A stretch of DNA of 45,868 nt, taken from Octopus bimaculoides. Lineage: Eukaryota. This document shows positions 1 through 11,476 of this stretch, in pieces. A program made the translations under genes and the position numbers. How positions within the stretch are numbered: the stretch's first letter is position 1; each line of letters opens with the position of its first letter. Location of the stretch: positions 84,596,325-84,642,192 of the forward strand of contig NC_068990.1 of NCBI RefSeq assembly GCF_001194135.2, written 5' to 3'. The notes beneath the pieces are model-generated. The model was not told where the DNA came from, did not search any database, and worked only from the letters and a program-made list of their open reading frames with translations.

Positions 1-28
1 AAGCGGACGTTAAACGATGATGATGATG
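1..28 (+). mobile_element. 3' tail of an RTE-type LINE/SINE repeat (GGACGTTAAAC(GAT)n)
   Basis: The same terminus occurs inverted at 44047-44075 and degenerate at ~6420-6455. Confidence 0.55.
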
Positions 29-61
29 TATATATATATACATATATATATACATATATAT

Positions 62-116
<55 letters not shown>

Positions 117-119
117 ACA

Positions 120-260
120 GGTTTCTTTCAATTTCCATTTATCAAATCCACTCGAAAGGCTTTGGTTGGCCCAAGGCTATAGTAGAAGACACTTGCCCAA
201 GGTGTCATGCAGTGAGACTGAACCGGGAACCATGTGGTTGGGAAGCACCACACAGCCACT
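120..260 (-). mobile_element. SINE family A (tRNA-derived head, CORE-like), 5' part
   Basis: Reverse complement of the head of the copy at 1051-1210. Confidence 0.8.
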
Positions 261-268
261 TCTACACC

Positions 269-299
<31 letters not shown>

Positions 300-1050
300 C
301 ATTCAGAGCTTATTTGGTCTCTGAATGTGTGTGTGTGTGTGGGTGTGTGGGTGTGTGTGTGTGTCCATCTTCTCTGTCTTGTTTATTTGATTACTCTTTC
401 AAAGATTAGTCAGTGTTTTTTCCTATCTCTTACTGTTTGCTGTCCACCCTTAATAGCTAAGTTAAGAAGGATGTGTTTAAGTTGGGGTGGGTGTGTTTGT
501 GGAAAAACAAAAATAACAAGAAAGTGGTGGAAGAATAAATAAAATTGGGCAAAGGACAGTGGTGAAACTGATCCTTTTCCATTAACTACCAGTCAGTGAG
601 CCAACCCAATCAATTGACTTCACTTCCAACACTCTTAACCACCATTAACAGGCTGTCTTTCCTTGTGTCTTATCTAAACATACATGGGTGTATGTGTGTG
701 TGAGAGAGAGACAGACAGACAGACAGAGAGGGAGACAGGGAAACAGAGAGACGGTGTGTGTGTGTGTGTGTTTCATCCTGTTTACCAGGAACAAAGAGAG
801 GAATCAACAAGGTCACCAGAAATAATCCATTTCTAGGAACTGTTTTCATAGATTTCTTGAAACTCAAAACAGGAAGCTCTGAAGAAGCAAAATAAGATAA
901 CTCGGAATAGTTTATTTAAATATAAATAAAACAAAACAGTTAATTCTACTGGTTGATGAAAGACTTACTAACAAACTACAACTGGAAAGATACCTCTACA
1001 CAGCAAATTTTCCTCAAATCACATGTTACCATCTTAAAAAAGTAAGGATT

Positions 1051-1220
1051 AGGCACAGGTGTGGCTGTGTGGTAAGAAACTTGCTTCCTGACCACATGGT
1101 TCCAGGTTCAGTCCTACTGCGTGGTACCTTGGGCAAGTGTCTTCTACTATAGCTTTGGGCCAACCAAAACTTGGTGAGTAAATTTGGTAGATGGAAACTG
1201 AAAGAAGCCCATTGTGTGAG

Positions 1221-1252
<32 letters not shown>

Positions 1253-1470
1253 GTGTCTTTGTATGTTTGTCCCACCCAACATTACTTGACAACCGATGTT
1301 AGTGTGTTTATGTACCCGTAACTTAGCAGTTCAGCAAAACATACTGATAGAATAAGTACTAGGCTTACAAAGAATAAGTTCTGGGGTCAATTTCTTTGAC
1401 TAAAGCACTTTAAGGTAGTGCTCTAGCATGGCCACAATCAAATGACTGAAATGTGTAAAAGAATAAAAGA
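1051..1470 (+). mobile_element. SINE family A, near full-length
   Basis: Pol III A-box-like TGGCTGTGTGGT (1062-1073), B-box-like GGTTCAGTCC (1105-1114), CORE-like ACCTTGGGCAAGT, internal (TA)n, and a 3' tail ...CATGGCC..CAAATGACTGAAA..AAAAGAATAAAAGA shared with other copies. Confidence 0.85.
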
Positions 1471-1908
1471 ACAATACATTGGAGAATGCAGTGCTACTGC
1501 AGGATTGTCATGGCTGGAACGCCCTTGATCAAAAGTTTACTAGATTGTAGCTGACTGGATGCTCACTGCATATTCTCTTCTTTCATTATTAAAAGTGCTC
1601 TTGCTCTAATGAACAACCTAGTTGTATACCATACCCACCTACCCACCTACCCACCTACTCATCTCTCCTTTCATACACACTCCAGGCACTATACCTTCTT
1701 ATCTCTCAGTTCCCACGTCAAACACCTCTTCACAATTCAAGTTAATGTTAACATATTCAAGAAATTTAGTAAGCATTAAAAATCCATGACGTGAACAAAA
1801 AAAAAATATTTTAACAAGTAGACCTCATCAGCTAATAAATACATAAATTTCACAGTACTAATTGATGAAAGTAATGAGAGAACCATAATGCAGATAAACT
1901 GTAGGGAT

Positions 1909-2370
1909 AGACATGGCTGGCTGGTCAAGTAACTTGTACTATAGCCCCAAGCCAACCAATGCCTTGTGAGTGAATTTCGTAAATGGAAACTATGAGGAAG
2001 CCCATCATATATGTGTTGTGTGTGTGTGTATGTGTGTGTGTGTATATATANNNNNNNNNNNNNNNNNNNNNNNNNNNNNNNNNNNNNNNNNNNNNNNNNN
2101 NNNNNNNNNNNNNNNNNNNNNNNNNNNNNNNNNNNNNNNNNNNNNNNNNNNNNNNNNNNNNNNNNNNNNNNNNNNNNNNNNNNNNNNNNNNNNNNNNNNN
2201 NNNNNNNNNNNNNNNNNNNNNNNNNNNNNNNNNNNNNNNNNNNNNNNNNNNNNNNNNNNNNNNNNNNNNNNNNNNNNNNNNNNNNNNNNNNNNNNNNNNN
2301 NNNNNNNNNAAGGTTGTACCCCAGCATGGCCGCAGCCCAATGATTGAAACAAGTAAAAGTCAAAGATGAG
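1909..2370 (+). mobile_element. SINE family A copy interrupted by an assembly gap
   Basis: Head fragment before the gap and tail (CCAGCATGGCCGCAG..TGATTGAAACAAGTAAAAG) after it. Confidence 0.65.
2051..2309. other. Assembly gap; others at 13030-13220, 14663-14672, 39820-39829, 41311-41678, 44387-45189
   Basis: Runs of N, mostly adjoining microsatellites or tandem repeats. Confidence 0.99.
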
Positions 2371-3188
2371 TAGGCATTAAAAAATAGTCTGTTTTGGCCC
2401 CAATCTGTCTCCCTAAAACGGTTACATCCCCTCATGACATACAAACTTATTTTATTTGCTGTATTTGGCTGTTTCAGTACATCCCTAGCTTCTTCATTTT
2501 CTTTTTACTTTTTTTTTTTTTTACTGTTTAGCCCTACTCTTTGAATGAACTTTAACTCTGAGTGGTAGCCCTAACTCAATAACTAGTTTAACACCACCTA
2601 TCATTTGGCCCCTAATGTACCTTTAGCAAACTACTTCCTGCTGCAGGCATTTAGGCCAGGTTCCCTCATCTGAAGCTAACTTCCTCTTTTCCTCCTACCA
2701 GTTTCAAAGTACTACACAGGGGTCATAGGTACAGCCTTTTCCTCTTCTAAGCCATTAATAACAAAACAAACACAAAATAATCTATAATAAATATATCATT
2801 TTCTTCAAACCAGAGTCCTGCCCATATCAGAATTCTGCTCTCCTCACTTCACACACATACTTACTGAATTTAATAAATACACATTCGTTACACAGAGTAA
2901 GCTAAAAAAGTATATGAAACTAGGGCAGTGGGCAGGTAGTTCTCATCATCTCAGCTTAGCTTAAATAACACACACTTTTACACCTCGAAACTAAGTAAAC
3001 CTGAAGTGAAAGAAAAGGAAGGAGAAAGAGAAAGCAGCAGATATGCTTGACTGACCAAGAATGTGTATGTGTATTCAAACAAATACATTAACATTTCATA
3101 CATGTAATATAGCAAGTTGAAAAACTTTTGACTGACTAAGTTTTATCTATGCAATTAGTAAACAAAATCTCCCCAAAGATGTGTTTAA

Positions 3189-3409
3189 CCCTTTAGTGTT
3201 CACATTATTCTGCCATAATTAATGCTTTTTTATCCACATTATTTTGAACTAATCATGCATTATCTCGTAGCTATGAGATTTTGATGAGGTAGCTGTTAAT
3301 TTTTAAAACGATATTGTAGGGTTGGTGTGAGAGACCAGATCTGGCCAGTTTGAACATAGAATAGGCAGAATACTTTTGGCCGGATATGGCCAGTTTAAAT
3401 GCTAAAGGG
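3189..3409. mobile_element. piggyBac-type MITE
   Basis: TTAA|CCCTTTAG ... CTAAAGGG|TTAA, with TTAA at 3185-3188 and 3410-3413. Confidence 0.8.
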
Positions 3410-4013
3410 TTAAAATATAAAAATCAACAAAGAAGAGAGATAGTTTTAATAAAATCCTTTCATTGAAACTTTTGGAAAATATCAAAAGTGCAGGAAGCTT
3501 TCTAGTGAATGAGAGGAGTCACAGCCAACAGACTAGGGTGGGGTATAGCTGACCAACTGACCAGGGAGTTAAGCCAACAAAGGAGACCCTACATGGTTGT
3601 CGTATTTCCAAAAACTGCCAGTCAAATCTTCCTCAAATTATAGCCTACATACAACGGACAATATAGTCCCAGATATGTGATCCTTAACATTACATATGTC
3701 TGAATAAATGCTAGGATGGTCGGTCACATCTGAAACATCTCTGATCATAAGTCACCTACTCAGAGTTAACCTGGGCTTAAGCAACAACCAAACCAACCAA
3801 CAAACTAGTTTGGCAAAGAATGGAGGTGGCGGGGGAAGGAATGTAAAGAAAGGAAAGAAAAAGGAAATACAGAAAAGAGAAGAAAAAAAAGTAAGTCATC
3901 TTCTGAAAAGATGACTTGGTGACGTAAAACTAAAAGCTACCTGAATTAAATGATGTATGCAAAGGTGAGAAGGTGACATTTAGAGAGTTATTTGGTATAT
4001 TTAGGACAGGAAT

Positions 4014-4017
<4 letters not shown>

Positions 4018-4053
<36 letters not shown>

Positions 4054-4555
4054 TAATTCGTTTTATTGGCCACAAGGGCTAATATCAATTAAAAACATAT
4101 AAGGACAAAGACAGGACGAAGGTTACAAAAGGTTTTGTCCGAAAAGGTTGGAAAGTTTGTCTAAAGAGGAAGAAAACGGAGAAAGATATAATAAATAAAT
4201 AGATAAATAAATAAGTAGAACTCCCAAAGGGGGAGGTGCTTCGAAAAAGGAAAGGTTACACATGGAAAAACTCATAAAACCACGGGAGCCTGGTCAGAAA
4301 AAATAAGAAAGGGGTATAGAGCCCTTTCTCCTTTTACATTACCTTTTTTTTTATCACAGGTGTATTCTCAGAATTGGTCCGTTTATATTGGCCATTCTTC
4401 CAACAGTCACCCATCTTTCAACGAATTTGCTATGAGACAGCACTTCTACTCTCATCTTCCTTTTCAAGTGGAACTTGAAAAAGTTGAAGCCTTGGCCAAA
4501 GAGGAAAATGTCTGTCTTTAGCCCTTTCAAACGGGTCCACCATATCACCTCAATA
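4018..4555 (-). mobile_element. 5'-truncated L1/Tx1-clade LINE 3' end
   Basis: Minus-strand ORF remnant 4354-4548 (WWTRLKGL..FFKFHLKRKMRVE...FVERW) resembles Tx1 ORF2 C-termini. It is followed by AATAAA (4062-4067) and an (ATT)n tail. Confidence 0.6.
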
Positions 4556-4559
4556 ATGT

Positions 4560-4663
4560 ATGAGGCCTGAAATTTTGAAGGAGAGGGCTAGCTGACCCTA
4601 CATTGACCCTAGTACTCAACTACTACTTATTTCATTGACCCCACCAAAAGATGAAAGGCAAAT

Positions 4664-4699
<36 letters not shown>

Positions 4700-4978
4700 T
4701 AATAATAATGATGATGATGATGATGATGATGATTTCAAATTTTGGCACAAAGCCAGAAATTTTAGGGTAGGGGTAAGTCAATTACCCTCAACTAAATACA
4801 TATTCATGCCAATGAGCAAGCCCCAACACAATGGATCAACCTACTTAACCCTCAGTGCTCAACTGGTACTTATTTCATTGACCCCAAAGAATGAAAGGCA
4901 AATTTGACCTCAGAGGAATTCTAACTCAGAGCACAAGGACAAATGATTTGCTCGGCATACTAACGATTCTGCCAGCTC
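4560..4978 (-). mobile_element. Two SINE family B copies separated by an (AAT)n(GAT)n microsatellite
   Basis: Reverse complement of the family B head (GAGCTGGCAGAATCGTTAG) and central domain (TTTGCCTTTCAT...AAATAAGTACCAGTTGAGCACTG). Confidence 0.75.
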
Positions 4979-5022
<44 letters not shown>

Positions 5023-5509
5023 CCAAGGTTTGATCAGTATCAAACCATGCATTGCCAGTGAATGTAAATTGTTATAGCAGCGTTTTTTTGCAAATAACAA
5101 TGCACAACTGTTGCGGAAAGTAACAACCTGGTTATAGAAACTATTGAGGACATGAAAATATACTAGAACAGGAGTGTGAAGGAGAAACAAAGTAGACATG
5201 AAAATGTGCCCCTATACCACCTATTTGAAAGAGGACTAGAAAAATCTGAACAGTAATGGGATTGGTTGAGGAGGAGATTTGAAGAAGCCTAAGTCCAAAA
5301 ATTTGCAGCTCTGAACTAAACCCTTAACACAAAACTCCATGAAAATCAATACATATTTACGAGGCAGAAAACAGCAAATGTAGGTTATGTAGTGAGAAAG
5401 TGGAGACTATGACCCATATTGTAACTACTTGTAAAATGCTTAGATGGAAAGAGTTTAAATGGCGTCGTGATAAAGTGTGTTTAAGTCTGCACTGGTGCTT
5501 GGGAAAAAA

Positions 5510-5882
5510 GTAAACCAGAAAGGCTTGAGGTAAACCAGAAAGGCTTGAGGTAAACCAGAAAGGTTTGAGGTAAACCAGAAAGGTTTGAGGTAAACCAGAA
5601 AGCTACGAGGTAAACCAGAAAGCTATGAGGTAAACCAGAAAGGTTTGAGGTAAACCAGAAAGGTATGAGGTAAACCAGAAAGCTATGAGGTAAACCAGAA
5701 AGGTTTGAGGTAAACCAGAAAGGCTTGAGGTAAACCAGAAAGGCTTGAGGTAAACCAGAAAGGCTTGAGGTAAACCAGAAAGGCTTGAGGTAAACCAGAA
5801 AGGTTTGAGGTAAACCAGAAAGGTTTGAGGTAAACCAGAAAGGTTTGAGGTAAACCAGAAAGGTTTAAGGTAAACCAGAAAG
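5510..5882. repeat. 20-bp minisatellite, ~18.6 copies of GTAAACCAGAAAGGYTTGAG
   Basis: Exact 20-bp periodicity. The first 13 bp are invariant and variation falls at unit positions ~14-18. Confidence 0.97.
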
Positions 5883-6137
5883 AGTACTGATATATCTGAC
5901 AGCATAAAACTGCCCAAAAAATCTTGTAGGATTTTAATAGCCAAACAGACAAAGTGACTGAACACTATCAAACAGGTATTCTTTTCTACTCTAAGGACAA
6001 GGCCTGAAATTTTTGGGGAGCAGCCCAGTCCAATTAGATCGGTCCAGTACGCAACTGGTATTTAATTTATTGACTCAGAAAGGACGAAAGGCAAGATAGA
6101 AGATGCAGGCCATTGGACCATGTCAAACGATCTAACC

Positions 6138-6412
6138 CAGTGGTTCCCAAAGTGGGTGGTATTGCCTACCCCGGGGGCAGTGGAAAGTTCCAAGAGGGCA
6201 TTGAAGAAAAGTGGGGCGATAATGGGGTAGCGATTCATGTAAAAACAACAAAATAATGGGTTCATTAGGTTAAGTTTTATTTGTTAAATACAGTTGCTTT
6301 GAATTTGCTTCGGAAAGCAGCCAATGCTTGAGATGATTAGTTGGGATGGGGGTACAGGAATGTGGCCCGAGTGTCAAGGGGGCAGCAGCCCGAGGATGCT
6401 TGGAAACCACTG
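6138..6412. mobile_element. hAT (Charlie-like) MITE
   Basis: TIRs CAGTGGTTCCCAA / TTGGAAACCACTG; perfect 8-bp TSD ATCTAACC (6130-6137, 6413-6420). Confidence 0.9.
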
Positions 6413-7047
6413 ATCTAACCCATGCCAGCATAGAACATGAACATTAAATGATAATGACCACTTACACACACAACTCACACGCATATATAGACACCCACAA
6501 AGTTTAAAACTAACGTAACAAAATAAAAAAAAAATTTTATTTCAGTTTTTCAACATTTTATCTTTTTTCTTCTCTTTTTGTAAAGGAGAAGCAAGTACAT
6601 GATATTACTCCTATTTAACATTGGACTATGTTTATACTTCAATTTATATATAATTTTATCTTATATTTCTTTATTTCATTATATTGGTCGATTGTATGGC
6701 TTTTGTTATTATGATTAAGGCTGCATTAACTAGTATTAAAAACATGTGTGCTTCAAAGTCATTGTATTGAAAGACAAAACTAAATAACTAAATAACTAAA
6801 TATATATATGTAAAAGTATAAATATAACAGAAAAAGAAAAAACCAAAACAACAGTGGTGAGAAGAATGTTGAAATCAAATTACAAAAATAAGATGGAAAA
6901 ATATATACACCCATCTGGTAACAAGTGTTATATATGAAATGTTTATATTTAATTATAAACTGTAATATAGTATTCAGCTTTCAAAAATAATACCAAAATT
7001 TCTGTGTCAATGAACACAATGGCTAAGATCTCAAATTCTACACACAC

Positions 7048-7073
7048 ACACACACACATATATTAATATGATT

Positions 7074-7120
<47 letters not shown>
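7048..7120. repeat. (CA)n microsatellite; representative of many (TA)n, (CA)n, (GA)n, (AAT)n and (GATA)n tracts in the window
   Basis: Direct inspection. Confidence 0.95.
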
Positions 7121-7123
<3 letters not shown>

Positions 7124-7892
7124 CATATATACATACAATACAATATACATCTTTTTCTTTCTTCTTCCTAATTTCAGGCATTGGACAGTGGACCCAGTGG
7201 ACACACTATACAACCACTCTATTAATACTGCAGTATTGAAAGAGTGGTGATATAGGGTCTGTAGTATTAGTGGCAATATAGTGTCTTAAGTGTATTGACA
7301 GATTAGTGGTACAGTGATGACCACCAAATACTACAGGCATAGTGCCAGCACACAATCAATACTACAAGCACCATACCTCCACTCTCATGAATACTAACAA
7401 TACACCACTCCGCCAATAAATGATAAAGCTTCTTCTCGAGTCAATATAGACTCATGGGGTTTTCTCACTGGATGGGACAATGGTCAAATGCAGGGATACT
7501 CATTTTTGCCATGTGAGTGGACTGAAGGAATGTGAAATTAAGTGTTTTGCTCAAGAACAAAATTCATTGCCCTGTCCAGGAATCGAAACCACAATTTTAC
7601 GATCACAAGTCTAACACCTTAACCTCACCATTTCTTACAATACATACATCTAAACTAAAAAAATTTTTCAGGAGTCATTAAAATATTGTTGTGGATTCCC
7701 AATTTATTATTTTGTAGCATGGACCCCACAAAAACCTTATATGAACCCCAGTTGAGGACCACTGGTTTAGAGGCTCCATTGCAATGAGATCTTATAGTGG
7801 CCGGTGATGAAACATTCACCATCAACAACTAAATACATATTGATGCCAATGACAAGCTTCAACACAATGGTTCAACCTAATTAACATAGCTG

Positions 7893-7948
<56 letters not shown>

Positions 7949-9334
7949 ATCTTTCTCTCTCTCTCTCTCTCTCAAAGCACACTTAACTATCATCTTAAAA
8001 AAGGGAAACGTACATAGGACAACATAGTTATAGATATACAAAAAGCACAGGACGGTCGTGGTTGGAATACCTTTGAATTTATCATAGCTCTGCTCTACCA
8101 GGGCCAACATGGGTTAAATTAACATCAACAGTCAGTTATTGAAGTGGAGGAAAGAAAACAAAATAACGTAGAAAAAATATATCTTCAAAAAAAAAAATGG
8201 TGGGGATGAGTAAATAAATGTGGAACATGATAATCATTTTCTCTTTCTCTTTCTCTCTCTCTCTCTCTCTGTAATGAAAGAGAAACGCAAGGTTCTAAAA
8301 GAAGAGAAAAAGGGTGCATTTAATTATATTATTGTCATGATGTTTGAATGGACTAGACTACACATCTAACTCCTGTGGTAATACCCTTACTACCACAACC
8401 ACTACCATTTCTATCACCACCACCACCACCACCACCAATGCCAACGCCGCCACTACAATCACCAGCCTCTCTGCAACAGGTTGTTGTTTTGTCACCAGAA
8501 AACAACACTTTTGACAAGATCATTCAGTGCCTGGAGGGTAAGGATGGGGCTTTGAAGTATAGTAATGAAAGGACATGAGTGGGGGAGGGTGAAGTTGCGA
8601 GAATCTACTTGTCACCTGACATGTAATAATAAAATCGTTGAGAAGGTATGTTGTATGTAGGATGCACTTATGTACGCAGGTGTGTGTGTGTGTAAAACTA
8701 GCCTTTATTTTTGAATTGTGTGAGTATATGTGTGTGTGTATATATAGAAAGGGAAGGAGAGAGAGGGGGGAGATGATATGTAGGCTAAGGGAAGGGAAAA
8801 AGTAGTTCGACTTTAGTTTTAAATTGTCCCCAAAGCGGCAAAAACGGTTTATATTCTACCGTTACCTGTCAAGAGTGTACATATGTGATTAGTGCTGGTA
8901 TAATCATATGATTAAGATGTTCACTGCCCATGTATGAAGTTCTGGTCCAACCAAAACCCTTGTGATTAAGCCATAACACTACATTAGGGACCAAAGTGTC
9001 TGTGGAATACTCAGTCACTTTACACTAGAAATAGCAACCAAATTTCTATCATACTACATTCTCTGACCTTAAGAAAGGAAAAATACATTGGATAATGCAG
9101 ATCTAGATATACTGTTTATAATAAAGATAATTCATCTGGGAAGCTTTTAATTACAGATTTTCCTGATCAGGACTAACCTAGTGCTAAATCACAATATATC
9201 CATTGGTGTGTTTGCTGTTCAACCCCCAGGTTAGCTCTGATTAAATAGGCCTGTGATCAAAAGCTCTTTAGCCATGACTGCTCCATAATTAAAAAAAAAA
9301 AAAACGATGTCTTCTAAGACTACATATATATGTA

Positions 9335-9570
9335 TGTTTGTTTGTCTGTGTGTCTGTGCTTGCCCCTCCCCCCTCCCAGCATTGCTTGACAACCGATGAT
9401 GCTGGTGTATTTATGTCCCCGTCACTTAGCGGTTCGGCAAAAGAGATCGATAGAATAAGTACCAGGCTTACAAAGAATAAGTCCTGGGGTCGATTTGCTC
9501 GACTAAAGGCGGTGCTCCAGCATGGCCACAGTCAAATGACTGAAACAGGTAAAATAGTAAAAGAATATAT
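9335..9570 (+). mobile_element. SINE family A 3' half
   Basis: Matches the 3' half of the copies at 1051 and 10474. Confidence 0.8.
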
Positions 9571-9709
9571 ATAATCTACACTTGCTTTATGTAATATGCA
9601 TTGAGTATTATCTTAAATGATGCCTGCTTTGTTTTACTTAATTATTAAGGGAAGAAGAGGACCTGAAAGGTGCAGTATAGTCACTCAGCTTATATTGAAC
9701 CCACTACAG

Positions 9710-9986
9710 CAGGGTGTGGAGTCGAAGTGGAGTCGAAACAAGAGACTCCGACTCCGACTCCTCTACTATTGGCACCTCTGACTCTGACTCCTCTTTATGT
9801 AATTAAGTGATTGCGGTCTACGTATCTCATAAAGCATATGTATATGCTTGTACTTTGAACAGGCCTATATGTTGTAACTGGTTTATATTAAAGAATAAAG
9901 ATATTGTGAGTCGGAATCAGTACAGTTTTAGCTACTCCGACTCCAGCTACCCCTTAATCGTTTCTGACTCCAGCTCCAACATCCTG
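9710..9986. mobile_element. Probable hAT-type MITE with GACTCC subterminal repeats
   Basis: Imperfect TIRs CAGGGTGTGGAG / CTCCAACATCCTG and repeated GGAGTCG/GACTCC motifs. No clear TSD. Confidence 0.55.
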
Positions 9987-10473
9987 CTGGTAAGTGAAAA
10001 AAGTAAAGTTGACCCCACTCCAGCCCCTACTTGTATACATACACAACCCAGTGGGATTTGAGAATGTAAAGAGACATAACTAAAAGTCATCCAGTATTGA
10101 GTTACATACCTTATATTCTAAGTACAAAGAGGAGGAGGAGGAGGAGGAGAAGAAGAAGAAGAAGAACCTTTGTTTCTTTATGAAATGGGAATCCGTGACA
10201 GGGGGCAATTTTAGCTTCTAAGGAAATAGAAAAATCCAGTCAACTGGGGCCAGGCTGGGTTGGGTCAAGTGTTAATAAGATTTTTTTAACATGAAGACAA
10301 AGACAGAAATTTGAGCTGAGGGATGTACAGTCAACTTAATACTAGCAGTATCATATGACCGGTACTTTCTTTTATTGAATCTGGAAGGATAAAAAAGGCA
10401 AAGTTCACCACACCAGAATTTGAACTCAGAACATAAAATGATATAATTCAAATAAAATGTTTGTAATTAAATA

Positions 10474-10905
10474 GGCATAGGAGTTGCTGTGTGTTAAGAA
10501 ACTTGCTTCACAACCACATGGTTCCAGGTTCAGTTCCATTGTGCGGCACGTTGGGCAAGTGTCTTCTACTATAGTCTTGGACCAACCAAAGCCTTGAGTG
10601 GATTTGGTAGACGGAAACTGAAAGAAGCCTGTCGTATATATATATATGTGTGTGCGTGTGTGTGTGTGTGTGTGTGTATATGTATGTATGTATATATATG
10701 TATGAATTTGTGTCTGTGTTTGTCCCCCTACCATCACTTCACAACCAATGTTGGTGTGTTTATGTACCCATAACTTAGCGGTTCAGCAAAAGAGACAAAT
10801 AGAATAAGTACCAGGCTTACAAAGAATAAGTCCTGGGGTTGATTAGTTCAATTAAAGGTGGTGCTCCAGCATGGCCACAGTCAAATGACTGAAAGGAATA
10901 AAAGA
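10474..10905 (+). mobile_element. SINE family A, near full-length
   Basis: tRNA-like head, internal (TA)n(TG)n, conserved tail. Confidence 0.85.
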
Positions 10906-11445
10906 ACACTGCAAGGTATTTTGGGGGGGGGTTCCCCTGTGCTCATCCACTGCTCTTTAACGGTAATGATAATTATTAATGATATTAAGGATAACATTTA
11001 AGAAAGGAAATAAGAAAAGAAAGATTAGAAGATAATAGAATATAAAATTTAAAAAAAGTAAGTAGAATTAAAGGAGAGAAGAGACTGATTAAGTAAGTTG
11101 TAAAGATTTGAGGGGTATGAAAAAAAAAAAGGGAAGAATGTGTGTGTGTGTGTGGGGGGGGGGGGGTAAATTGTCTTTATCTTTTGTTTTTCTGTAAATT
11201 TCAACTATATATATGTATATATATACATGTGTATGGTAGATGTATGTGTATGTAAATGATAAAGACAGAGAGAGATAGAGAGAGATAGAGAGAGACAGAG
11301 AAAGTGAGAGTGAAAGAAAGAAGAGAAAGAATGAGAGGGAGGGAGAGAGGAAGTTAAGTGGCTTCACAAGGAAATGCTTTGACAGAGTATATGTGTATAT
11401 GTACTACTTAAATGGTGAGTTGCAGGTAAGTTAAAGTGACATAGC

Positions 11446-11476
<31 letters not shown>

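Noticed and set aside
17-542. ORFs rich in YI/HT/CV/RE/SL repeats here and throughout the window
   Set aside because: Translations of dinucleotide microsatellites and SINE bodies.
1051-1125. tRNA gene
   Set aside because: The A/B-box-like motifs belong to a SINE head; there is no complete cloverleaf, and the sequence continues into the SINE core.
5510-5882. CRISPR-like array
   Set aside because: The units are contiguous 20-mers with no unique spacers, there are no cas genes, and the context is eukaryotic.
5603-5971. Repetitive ORFs (FLVYLKPFWFTS...)
   Set aside because: Translation artefact of the 20-bp minisatellite; the unit length is not a multiple of 3.
8375-8578. Proline-rich ORF and a possible 39-nt plus-strand exon (ENNTFDKIIQCLEG)
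   Set aside because: The poly-Pro comes from a (CCA)n microsatellite. Splice-like sites exist on both strands with no recognisable homology.
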